The notes below the pieces were generated by a model. The model made no database searches and had not been told where the DNA came from. It saw only the letters and a program-made list of their open reading frames with translations. Source: an uncultured Planctomycetales bacterium (GTDB taxonomy: Bacteria; Omnitrophota; Gorgyraeia; Zapsychrales; Fredricksoniimonadaceae). Taken from it: DNA of 64,000 bases. Below, one piece after another: positions 16,989 through 25,882 of the stretch. The first letter of the stretch is position 1; each line of letters begins with the position of its first letter. The stretch lies in assembly GCA_964572155.1 (NCBI GenBank), contig CAZNDZ010000002.1, positions 147,089 to 211,088 of the forward strand. Direction: 5' to 3'. A program made the position numbers and the translations under genes.

Positions 16989-19900
16989 TAAAACGTAAAC
17001 CAATTGGTCCCATTTGAATAAACTCTTAATACCCCATAGTTCGCCGAGATAGTGACCGACGACGCACCATCAATTGTCTCGCCACCTTCACCGTCCACCG
17101 TAATATTATTTGTCCCTGCACCACCGGACTCATCTTTAACAATCACAATACGACCAACCTTCGCATCCGCCGTTGCCAAATGCACCGTACGCACTGCCGA
17201 CGTATCTGTCACCGCAATGATCGTCTGACCTGCTGTTGTTGCCGTCGCTGCCGTTGTTGTACGATACACCGCCAATGATTGCTTTAACTGCATCCCCGAC
17301 GTAGCTGTCCACGTTCCGATACCAACATTGCCATTTACAATCGCTAAACCCGCCTGAGGTGTGGTGGTACCAAAACCTACATTCCCTGATGAAAAATATG
17401 AATCGCCTGATCCTGCCGCGATGATCCCACCATTTACTTCCAACGCTGCTGCAGGCGTTGTCAGACCAATCCCAACATTGGTACCCGTATCGTACACGAC
17501 TGAATTCGTTAATGATGTTGCACTTGCAGCACGAGGCATATAATTTGCACTCAACCCAGACACTCCACCTGAAGATGGCAAAGTCCCCGGAGCCATCCAC
17601 GTCCCAATCCCTGTCGATCCAGACACCAACACATAACCAGAAGCCGGACTCCTCGATAATCTAAACCCATCCGTATCTAATCTCGTCGCCGCTGTCCAAG
17701 TACCTAAACCAACATTACCCATCACAGTAAGCGCAGCCTGCGGTGAAGTTGTTCCTATACCCACATTATTTTGAATGATCATACCGCCTGAAGGCGCTGC
17801 AGTTGTTACAAAAGGAGAGTAACTCACAGTGCCTATACCAACACCACCTGCAGCTACCGCTAATTTATTTGATGCAGCTATTGTGCCAATACCAACATTG
17901 CCCGAACCAGTAATCACAAATGTTGCACCAGTATAATTTCCTGGAGTAGGATGCATCGCACCAACACCAAATGATCCATCATAACTAGTTTTTAACGATG
18001 CTGCTCCTCCTGCAGATCCATTTGCTGTAGGCAAATCTGCACCAGCAGCACCAGAAGCAAAAAATCTAAATTGACCTTCATTGCCATAAAAATAAAATAA
18101 ACCTGCTGCACCTGCAGCGCGATATTTCCAACTAGTACCATTGTAGTACGTATTCTCTGAGACCCATGCATTCCCCAAAGCATATGAATTAAATTCTAGC
18201 GATCCAGTCTTCATATTGGAATTCGTCGTATTAAACCCACCAACATCTAATTTCAAACTAGGCGCCCAAGTCCCAATCCCCACATTCCCATTGGTCACCA
18301 CAAGCCCACCCTGCGGTGTCGATGTCCCAATCCCAACATTGTCAGTCCCCGTCGTTGCATAAACCGTCCCCGACCCCGTTGACCATCCGGACGTCCCACC
18401 CGATATCGGCAAAGTCCCCGCAGCCATCCACGTCCCAATCCCTGTCGATCCCGAGACTAAAACATAACCTGCGGCTGGATTCGTTGATAATCGAAATTCA
18501 TTCGTATCTAACGCCGTAATAGGTGCAATTGTGTTGATACCAATGTTTCCACCAAAAACTACCAACTTCGCCTGTGATGTTGTTGTACCTATACCGACAT
18601 TCCCATTTGCGTCAATGCGCATGCGTTCAACCTCGCCAATGGTATCAACCGTTCCGAAAATCAGCGACCCATAGCTGGGCGTCGTTCTTACGCCAGCAAT
18701 ATAAGCAATCGTACCAACTGACGAAGCAAGATTAATCTTTACACTAGTTCCGACAGAGCCTCCAGTGTTTTCTAGATATAAGGCATTAAATGGCAACGCA
18801 TCAACAGATCCTTTAATCTGAACCGGATAAGGAGCACTACTCCCTTGAGATCCAGCTTCAACCATTAATGTTGGTTCTGTCGTAGCAAATCCCTTGATAT
18901 TAAGCTTTGCTGCCGGTACCCACGTCCCAATCCCCACATTCCCATTAGTCACCACAAAAGCACCCTGAGGCGTCGACGTGCCAATCCCTACTTTGTCATA
19001 CGTTCCAATCCCAACACCGGAGTTTGTAAACCACTGACTAGAACCACTACTCGACGTCGCCAACGTAGACGCCGCCATCCACGTCCCGATACCTGTCGAT
19101 CCAGATACTAAAACATAACCTGCGGCAGGATTTGTCGACAAGCGCAACCCATCCGTATCCAACCGCGTCGTCGCTGTCCAAGTACCCAAACCAACATTAC
19201 CCATAACAATCAATTTATCTTGAGGCGTGGTTGTTCCAATACCAACATTGTCTTGCACAATTAAACCACCGACAGGCGCAGCTGCACTTGTAAAGGCAGA
19301 ATTGAAACCTGTACCGATACCAACACCACCTGCTACAGATAGTTTTGATCCAGGGATTGTTGTACCAATACCAACACTTAAACTATCCCCTGTAATGCGT
19401 ATGGCTTCTGTACGAACAAAGGCCTTACTAGGCTCAATGATCATGTCGATATCGCCGGAAGTTGTTCTGTTCGTTCTTAATGCTTTTATTGCTGCATGCG
19501 CTGCATTTGCAGATCCATTGGCAACATAAAATCCTAAATCGGCATAACCACCACCTGTACTATTTTGAAGAACTAAAACTGGATTAACATTTGAAGTAGA
19601 AAAAATATTTGGAACAAGCGACGCCCATGTCCCAACACCAACATTACCCATCACAACTAAACCATTCCTTGGGACAGTATAATCTCCAACAGCTGTCGTA
19701 CCAATCCCCACACTACCCTTTACATCCAATAAATTATTTGTAACCCACGTCCCAATCCCCACATTCCCATTGGTCACTACTAATCCACCCTGTGGCGTCG
19801 TCGTACCAACACCAACATTACCACCAAGAACAGCTAATCTTGCAGTTGAAGAAACCATATCCGTACCAATACCAACATTTCCGGTGCTCTTTAGTACCAA

Positions 19901-20659
19901 ACTAGGAACAACAGCTCCATTGATTGAGAAGAATCCCATGTCTGCTGTTACGGTTGGTCGAATCATCAATGAACCATTTACACCCGTTGTATTTGTAATC
20001 TGATAAAACCATTCATTATTTTGGGATGCATGATTAATTCTCGCTAAAGAAAATATTGCTTGTCCTGAACCACCATCTTGCGTTACTTTAAAACCTTGTA
20101 CTGGAGATTTTACATCTAAAGCAAATGAAGGCGCATTTGTCCCAACCCCAACATTTCCTGTTGTAACGATCAACCCACCACCTGGCGCCCACGTCCCAAT
20201 CCCCACATTCCCATTAGTGACCACAAACCCACCCTGCGGCGTCGAAGTTCCAATCCCCACCTTATCCGCACCCGTCGTGTTATATACCGTCCCAGTCCCC
20301 GTCGACCAACCTGTAGGTGCTGCATTGATAGTCGATGGTGCCATCCACGTCCCAACACCTGTTGATCCAGACACCAAAACATAACCTGACGCTGGACCAG
20401 AAGACAATCTAAAACCATTTGTATCCAAAGCCGCACTTGGACTCCATGTGCCGATCCCAACATTTCCTTGCGTCACCACCAACCCACCCTGCGGCGTCGT
20501 GGTACCAATGCCGATATTACCACTCGCGCCATTGACATATAAAAATGATTGCGTGTCATTCTTAATATTAAAATCTTTAGCTGCAAACACATGCGATGAC
20601 AAGGCAGCGGCCATGGCAGTTAATAACATAATTCTTATGTAAGATAAAACCTTTCTCAT
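16988..20659 (-). CDS. Giant secreted tail-fibre-like repeat protein (1223 aa), paralog with a type-B C-terminal tip (...ETIDG...NWFTF).
   Basis: MRKVLSYIRIMLLTAMAAALSSHVFAAKDFNIKNDTQSFLYVNGASGNIGIGTTTPQGG, with three copies of the shared module. The C-terminus is RIVIVKDESGGAGTNNITVDGEGGETIDGASSVTISANYGVLRVYSNGTNWFTF. Confidence 0.8.
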   Translation of the reverse strand: MRKVLSYIRIMLLTAMAAALSSHVFAAKDFNIKNDTQSFLYVNGASGNIGIGTTTPQGGLVVTQGNVGIGTWSPSAALDTNGFRLSSGPASGYVLVSGSTGVGTWMAPSTINAAPTGWSTGTGTVYNTTGADKVGIGTSTPQGGFVVTNGNVGIGTWAPGGGLIVTTGNVGVGTNAPSFALDVKSPVQGFKVTQDGGSGQAIFSLARINHASQNNEWFYQITNTTGVNGSLMIRPTVTADMGFFSINGAVVPSLVLKSTGNVGIGTDMVSSTARLAVLGGNVGVGTTTPQGGLVVTNGNVGIGTWVTNNLLDVKGSVGIGTTAVGDYTVPRNGLVVMGNVGVGTWASLVPNIFSTSNVNPVLVLQNSTGGGYADLGFYVANGSANAAHAAIKALRTNRTTSGDIDMIIEPSKAFVRTEAIRITGDSLSVGIGTTIPGSKLSVAGGVGIGTGFNSAFTSAAAPVGGLIVQDNVGIGTTTPQDKLIVMGNVGLGTWTATTRLDTDGLRLSTNPAAGYVLVSGSTGIGTWMAASTLATSSSGSSQWFTNSGVGIGTYDKVGIGTSTPQGAFVVTNGNVGIGTWVPAAKLNIKGFATTEPTLMVEAGSQGSSAPYPVQIKGSVDALPFNALYLENTGGSVGTSVKINLASSVGTIAYIAGVRTTPSYGSLIFGTVDTIGEVERMRIDANGNVGIGTTTSQAKLVVFGGNIGINTIAPITALDTNEFRLSTNPAAGYVLVSGSTGIGTWMAAGTLPISGGTSGWSTGSGTVYATTGTDNVGIGTSTPQGGLVVTNGNVGIGTWAPSLKLDVGGFNTTNSNMKTGSLEFNSYALGNAWVSENTYYNGTSWKYRAAGAAGLFYFYGNEGQFRFFASGAAGADLPTANGSAGGAASLKTSYDGSFGVGAMHPTPGNYTGATFVITGSGNVGIGTIAASNKLAVAAGGVGIGTVSYSPFVTTAAPSGGMIIQNNVGIGTTSPQAALTVMGNVGLGTWTAATRLDTDGFRLSRSPASGYVLVSGSTGIGTWMAPGTLPSSGGVSGLSANYMPRAASATSLTNSVVYDTGTNVGIGLTTPAAALEVNGGIIAAGSGDSYFSSGNVGFGTTTPQAGLAIVNGNVGIGTWTATSGMQLKQSLAVYRTTTAATATTAGQTIIAVTDTSAVRTVHLATADAKVGRIVIVKDESGGAGTNNITVDGEGGETIDGASSVTISANYGVLRVYSNGTNWFTF
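18250..18520 (-). repeat. Dispersed module of about 290 bp, copy 5.
   Basis: Same core sequence, read directly. Confidence 0.5.
20190..20460 (-). repeat. Dispersed module of about 290 bp, copy 6.
   Basis: Same core sequence, read directly. Confidence 0.5.
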
Positions 20660-20756
20660 CTTAAATCTTGCATGCCTCTGTAATAATAATCTTGACGTGT
20701 TTATTATTTATTGATATATTATCAAATATTATTGCTTCTTTGTCATAGCTAAGGTC

Positions 20757-20830
20757 GCCCCGGTAGTTCAATTGGATAGAACACTCCACTAACGAAGGAA
20801 CGGTTGCGGGTTCGAATCTCGCCCGGGGCG
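20757..20830 (+). tRNA. tRNA-like element (74 nt, no encoded CCA), the only clear plus-strand gene. Its acceptor, D and T arms are canonical, but the anticodon stem is weak and the anticodon AAC is atypical for a bacterium. It may be a pseudo-tRNA or an unusual tRNA.
   Basis: The acceptor arms GCCCCGG and CCGGGGC pair 7/7. The D arm is GTTC-AATTGGATA-GAAC. The T arm is GCGGG-TTCGAAT-CTCGC. The discriminator is G. The anticodon arm CTCCA-CTAACGA-AGGAA has only 3 Watson-Crick pairs, and the loop reads C32 U33 A34 A35 C36 G37 A38. Confidence 0.4.
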
Positions 20831-20950
20831 CACTGATGGAGCACATCAAAGCAGTTAGTGGACTTTGATATGCCCCGCTCTTGACAAAGATATTTCTACG
20901 TGATATAAATAAATTATCGTTAGTGGAGTGCTTTGAGCTACTGGAGTTTA

Positions 20951-20984
20951 GGGCAAGGTGATTTTCATCTTGCCCTTTTTCTTT
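20951..20984 (+). terminator. Rho-independent terminator on the plus strand, about 120 nt downstream of the tRNA-like element.
   Basis: GGGCAAG-gtgattttcat-CTTGCCC followed by TTTTTCTTT. Confidence 0.5.
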
Positions 20985-21019
20985 GCCCCATATATAGTTT
21001 AAATCGATTCTCATCTCTA

Positions 21020-24000
21020 TTAATACCCCTTAGCAAAACCCACAACATACCACTTGTCAGCAACAACGTTATAGATAGCTGTTAGAAAATCTCTTTTACT
21101 TGCTGTTGTTGTTAACGTAACGGAAGAAATGTCTGAACCTAATTGGAATTTGGTATCTAGCGTAATCGTTCGACTACCCGTGCCATCTTGAATAATCTCC
21201 CATACAACACGCTGTCCGTCAGTTGGATTGGTTGGGTTAGAGAGTGTGAAATTTTGTGTTGTGGTTAAACGGAAATGATTCCCCAAGGAAGCATCGGTTG
21301 CAACTGATGCTGCATCGGTTAATGTTGTTACAATTTGCGAGAACCCACCCTTAAGAGATAACGTCGTCGGAGCCAACGCTGTTCCAATACCAACGTTCCC
21401 ACCCTTAACAATCAACGCACCATTCGCGGCAGTTACAGTACCAATACCAACATTCCCCATAACTGCAAGCCCTGTTTGTGGCGTTGCTGTTCCAATACCA
21501 ACATTACCCTGAATGATCATCCCGCCTAACGGTGGCGCTGTTGTTAAATATTCACCATTTGCCGACGTACCCAAACCAATATTACCAACAATACTAACCT
21601 TTGCCCCACCACTCGACATCCATGTGCCGATACCGACAGTGCCACCATTCATCACAGCAAGTTGGACAGTAGGCACGCTTGTGCCGATGCCTACATTTCC
21701 TCCATCAGCAAATCTCACAGCTTCATATACTGAACCACCTGACTTTAACGTATAAAAAACAAGGTCTGTGGAACTGGAACTAGTGTACATCCCTTGAATA
21801 CTAGCTGATGCGGCAGTAAGAGCAGCAACCCCAAAACCAAATGTTATCCCAGAACTTGAACTTGTGGTTGCATTGGTATTTCGCAAGAGAACGGTACGTG
21901 CACAACCTGCACAACCACCATGAATATAAGCCAATGGTGTTGTAGAGCCAGTATAAGGTGCATTAATATCCAACCATGCCTGAGGCGTCCATGTGTTTAT
22001 ACCCACATTGCCTGTTAAAATAGAAACCGCACCACCTTGCGTAAACGTTGTCCCGATCCCAATATTACCGACGGAGTCGATAACAAACGGTGATGTTGTT
22101 AGTGGATTGACTTGGAACATCGCTGCCGGCGCAAACGTACCAATACCCACATTGCCGTTCATGACAGTTAAAGCAGAACGATTTGTTGCAGAAGTTCCCA
22201 ACCCAACATTGCCACTACTTGGCAAATAAACATCATTCGTATTTGTCGTCGACCACCCCGAAGACCCACCCGAAATAGGCAACGTCCCCGCCGCCATCCA
22301 CGTCCCAATCCCCGTCGATCCTGAAACTAAAACATAACCTGCACTTGGATTTGTATTTAATTGAAGTCCAGTGGTGCGGGTGGTGCCTTGGATGTCTAGG
22401 GCTGTGCCTGGGGATAACGAACCAATACCTACATTACCTTCAACGATCATCCCACCCGATGGTGCAGTTGTACTTACATATGATGAATTAAATCCTGTTC
22501 CAATACCAACGCCCCTTACTACAGTCAACGCACTTTTGGGATCCACTGTACCTATACCAATATTTCCAGAAGCATTGATCCTCATCCATTCAGCTTGCGA
22601 TGATGAATTTGTAAACCTTAAACCTGTCTCATTCACATTACCTCTAATTTGTCCACCGTCAGATGAGGCATCATCATTATTGTATAATATTATAAACGGC
22701 TCAAAGAATCCACCGCCTGTTCTTTGAATCCTTAAGCCTGCTGAACCACCCTTAACATGAAATTGCGACGCTGGCGCCCACGTCCCAATCCCCACACTTC
22801 CATTGGTCACCACAAACCCACCCTGAGGTGTCGATGTCCCAATCCCAATGTTTCCTGAAGAAGTAATCCTCATTCTCTCACCACCGCCACCCACACCTGT
22901 ACTCAATGTTTTGAAATAAATATCCGTTGGTAAATTTGAACCATCTACAGTCCCATTAACCACTGTGCCTATTTCAGCACCTTCAATGACTGTACCTGAT
23001 CCAACCGCACCTTGAAACGAAAAACGTCCTACAAAATCACCGGTTTGAAGGGTTGTATTTGTCGACGCATCAGAACTTCTTGTGTGATAAAACGTCAGAT
23101 TTGCAGCGCCTGAATCATTTGTCGCCCTTGCAACAACTAAACCCCAATTACTTCCTGGATGCACTACATATGCTTTTCCTGCTAAAGAACTTGATAATGA
23201 AGTTGGATAACCAGACCCGGCAGGTTTAACCCCTAAGCTTCCATTAACATCAAAATCTAACTTGGGCGCCCACGTACCAACCCCCACATTCCCATTGGTC
23301 ACCACCAAAGCTCCTTGAGCTGTTGATGTGCCAACACCTACATTACCCGTCGCTAAAAGGGTTGACGTACGGATATTTCCAAGAACATCTAACAATGACC
23401 CCGGCGCTTGAGAACCAATACCAACATTACCAGTCGAAGCATTACCCTGCAAAGAAAGGATTGATACTGGCGTGACAACACCAACTGGTGAATATTGCAA
23501 ATCAAATCTACTTGCAGCATTTGTGGTATCTACAACCTGAGTCGCTCTCCAAGCGCCTTTAGTTGCATCATCCTTAACAAAAGCAGCGCCATCATAGCGC
23601 AGGTTCGTTAACCATGAGTATTGATTTGTTGCCGTCGTCCCCAAATACGTACTAAAAGTATTTCCTGCAGTATTAAATATACGCACATATGAATTACTAC
23701 CTATACCAGGAAGACTAATAAAAAGCGGATTATCCGGCGCCCACGTCCCAATCCCCACATTCCCATTCGTCACCACCAACCCACCCTGCGGCGTAGAGGT
23801 CCCAATCCCCACCTTATCCGCCCCCGTCGTGTTATAAACCGTACCCGTCCCCGTTGACCACCCCGACGTCCCACCCGAAATCGGCAAAGTCCCCGCCGCC
23901 ATCCACGTCCCAATCCCCGTTGATCCTGATACTAAAACATAACCAGCCGCAGGCGACGTCGATAATCTAAACCCATCGGTATCCAACCTCGTCGACGCTG

Positions 24001-25114
24001 TCCATGTACCTAGCCCAACATTTCCCATTGAAACAAACCCTGTTTGTGGCGTCGTCGTCCCTAAACCAACGTTGCCTTGCACAATCATCCCGCCTGTCGG
24101 CGCAGCCGTTGAAACATAGTTTGAATTAAAACCAGTTCCTATGCCAACACCACCTGCGACAGACAAGAGACTTGCTGGTTCAGTTGTGCCAATACCCACA
24201 TTACCAGCATTCTTCACAATAAATAAATCACCTAACACAGTACCGCTATTGATTGCAAAATTATCATCTGAAGTAGTCTTAAAAATCTCTAAATTAACAT
24301 TACTATGGACCGTATTCGATCCCCTAGACACAGCCACACTACCCTGATTATTTGTTGTAACAACTGTTAATGATGAGGCCCCTGCATTACAATCAAGACC
24401 TGCACTGGTTGAGGAATAACAGAAATCAAATTGATTGATATCACTATCATATAAAAGGCTAGCGTGGGATACTCCCGCATCATAAAACTTAATACCAATG
24501 ATGCCAGATGTAAATGTTTTGGAACTCCCCTTATCGCCGATCGACATATACGCTCCATTGACATCAAACGCAGAAGTCGTTGAAGTATAATTCGTGATAT
24601 TCGAGATAATTGCTGCATCACCAATAACGTACAAATTCCTAGAAGCCACCCACGTCCCAATCCCCACATTCCCATTCATTACACTTAACGCAGCTGCCGT
24701 AGTTATTGTTGTACCTAAACCCACATTTCCATTACTTGGCAAATAGACATCATTAGTGTTTGTCGTCGTCCACTGTGAAGATCCACCCGATATCGGCAAA
24801 GTCCCCGCCGCCATCCACGTCCCAATACCTGTTGTATCGGAAACTAAAACATGTCCTGCGCTTGGATTTGTATTTAATTGTAGGCCTGTGGTGCGGGTGG
24901 TGCCTTGGACGTCAAATACAGTGCCGGGCGTTAAGGATCCAATGCCAACATTTCCGCCGATGACAATCAACTTACCACCAAAGGCACTAAAGGTACCGAT
25001 ACCTAAATTCGACGAGGAACCTGTGTCTGACAATGGAAAATAAGATGCCTGCGCCATTTTTAACGCCGCCATCAACACCAAAACCACTATCCCAACAATC
25101 AATTTATTACGCAT
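21020..25114 (-). CDS. Giant secreted tail-fibre-like repeat protein (1364 aa), paralog with a type-A C-terminal tip (QDGTGS). It has no LamG partner.
   Basis: Signal peptide and the GNVGIGT repeats. It shares a module of about 150 aa with the 1786 aa protein (GIGTWAPDNPLF[IV]SLP..GSNSY..IF...GNTF.TYLGTTA.NQY.W.TNLRYDGAAFVKDDATKGAWR.TQVVDTT). The C-terminus RVVWEIIQDGTGSRTITLDTKFQLG matches VVQDGTGGWTPTLSGG in the 1786 aa protein. Confidence 0.8.
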   Translation of the reverse strand: MRNKLIVGIVVLVLMAALKMAQASYFPLSDTGSSSNLGIGTFSAFGGKLIVIGGNVGIGSLTPGTVFDVQGTTRTTGLQLNTNPSAGHVLVSDTTGIGTWMAAGTLPISGGSSQWTTTNTNDVYLPSNGNVGLGTTITTAAALSVMNGNVGIGTWVASRNLYVIGDAAIISNITNYTSTTSAFDVNGAYMSIGDKGSSKTFTSGIIGIKFYDAGVSHASLLYDSDINQFDFCYSSTSAGLDCNAGASSLTVVTTNNQGSVAVSRGSNTVHSNVNLEIFKTTSDDNFAINSGTVLGDLFIVKNAGNVGIGTTEPASLLSVAGGVGIGTGFNSNYVSTAAPTGGMIVQGNVGLGTTTPQTGFVSMGNVGLGTWTASTRLDTDGFRLSTSPAAGYVLVSGSTGIGTWMAAGTLPISGGTSGWSTGTGTVYNTTGADKVGIGTSTPQGGLVVTNGNVGIGTWAPDNPLFISLPGIGSNSYVRIFNTAGNTFSTYLGTTATNQYSWLTNLRYDGAAFVKDDATKGAWRATQVVDTTNAASRFDLQYSPVGVVTPVSILSLQGNASTGNVGIGSQAPGSLLDVLGNIRTSTLLATGNVGVGTSTAQGALVVTNGNVGVGTWAPKLDFDVNGSLGVKPAGSGYPTSLSSSLAGKAYVVHPGSNWGLVVARATNDSGAANLTFYHTRSSDASTNTTLQTGDFVGRFSFQGAVGSGTVIEGAEIGTVVNGTVDGSNLPTDIYFKTLSTGVGGGGERMRITSSGNIGIGTSTPQGGFVVTNGSVGIGTWAPASQFHVKGGSAGLRIQRTGGGFFEPFIILYNNDDASSDGGQIRGNVNETGLRFTNSSSQAEWMRINASGNIGIGTVDPKSALTVVRGVGIGTGFNSSYVSTTAPSGGMIVEGNVGIGSLSPGTALDIQGTTRTTGLQLNTNPSAGYVLVSGSTGIGTWMAAGTLPISGGSSGWSTTNTNDVYLPSSGNVGLGTSATNRSALTVMNGNVGIGTFAPAAMFQVNPLTTSPFVIDSVGNIGIGTTFTQGGAVSILTGNVGINTWTPQAWLDINAPYTGSTTPLAYIHGGCAGCARTVLLRNTNATTSSSSGITFGFGVAALTAASASIQGMYTSSSSTDLVFYTLKSGGSVYEAVRFADGGNVGIGTSVPTVQLAVMNGGTVGIGTWMSSGGAKVSIVGNIGLGTSANGEYLTTAPPLGGMIIQGNVGIGTATPQTGLAVMGNVGIGTVTAANGALIVKGGNVGIGTALAPTTLSLKGGFSQIVTTLTDAASVATDASLGNHFRLTTTQNFTLSNPTNPTDGQRVVWEIIQDGTGSRTITLDTKFQLGSDISSVTLTTTASKRDFLTAIYNVVADKWYVVGFAKGY
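23745..24010 (-). repeat. Dispersed module of about 290 bp, copy 7.
   Basis: Same core sequence, read directly. Confidence 0.5.
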
Positions 25115-25132
25115 AAATTCTTTCCTTAAATA

Positions 25133-25882
25133 TCAATTCATCCGATAATTCTCAATCTTCCCCGCCCCATTCATCTTAAACCGCGGCTCACCCGAATTAT
25201 AAATCGCCTTGATCTCCGTCTCAGTAAGCACCCGATTATAAAGCCGTACATCATCGATACTTCCACTAAAAAGCTGTGATGCTGCAGCACGCCGACCAAT
25301 AGCTTTTGCTCCACTGGAGTTTGAATACGTAAGACCTACATGGTTAGTTAGACTAACCGAAACTCCATTCACATAAATACTACTCGTTGCACCTGCTCCG
25401 TTCTTGATATACGCAATATGCGTCCAAACATTCTGTGTAAGCGTCCCACTTACTGACTCCACATCAACTTGACCAGTATATAAGCTTCCCACTCTTCCTG
25501 ATCCTGCACTAGCAGGACCTTGACCAACTTCAAACATAAATGCATTTACTGCATTTTCTTGTCCAAATACTGTATATCGCGTTGTTAATGAACCGCTAAA
25601 ATATATCCATGCTGTAAACGTAAATGTATTTCCAATAGCAATAAGTTGAGCTGGAAGTGCTATATAGTCATCTGATGCATCAAAGCTAATCCCGCCATTT
25701 CTCTTACCACTTACCCATGTCGGTCCATTTGTCAATGTACCTGTATTTCCTTGACCGCTCGAATCACTAGTAGTAACGCCACTCCCCTCATCCAACTTCC
25801 ACCACCCCACCAATCCATCCGTGACGTCGGCATGCGAAGAAGTGCTACACATTAAAATAAACACAAATAGTAAATACCTCAT
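25133..25882 (-). CDS. Secreted LamG-domain protein, third partner gene. Again a TAATG stop/start overlap with the upstream fibre gene.
   Basis: MRYLLFVFILMCSTSSHADVTDGLVGWWKLDEGSGVTTSDSSGQGNTGT ... LFSGSIDDVRLYNRVLTETEIKAIY. The ATG at 25882-25880 shares its A with the TAA at 25884-25882. The ORF track uses a TTG at 25897. Confidence 0.75.
   Translation of the reverse strand: MRYLLFVFILMCSTSSHADVTDGLVGWWKLDEGSGVTTSDSSGQGNTGTLTNGPTWVSGKRNGGISFDASDDYIALPAQLIAIGNTFTFTAWIYFSGSLTTRYTVFGQENAVNAFMFEVGQGPASAGSGRVGSLYTGQVDVESVSGTLTQNVWTHIAYIKNGAGATSSIYVNGVSVSLTNHVGLTYSNSSGAKAIGRRAAASQLFSGSIDDVRLYNRVLTETEIKAIYNSGEPRFKMNGAGKIENYRMN

Noticed and set aside
16988-17003. 16-nt gene overlaps suggested by the ORF-track coordinates (16988..17003 and 25882..25897).
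   Set aside because: The track used upstream TTG codons as starts. The in-frame ATG overlapping the stop (TAATG) is the more plausible start, which reduces the overlap to 1 nt.
20661-21014. 117-aa minus-strand ORF overlapping the tRNA-like element.
   Set aside because: It overlaps a structured RNA and terminator in an AT-rich intergenic region. It has no coding signal or SD.
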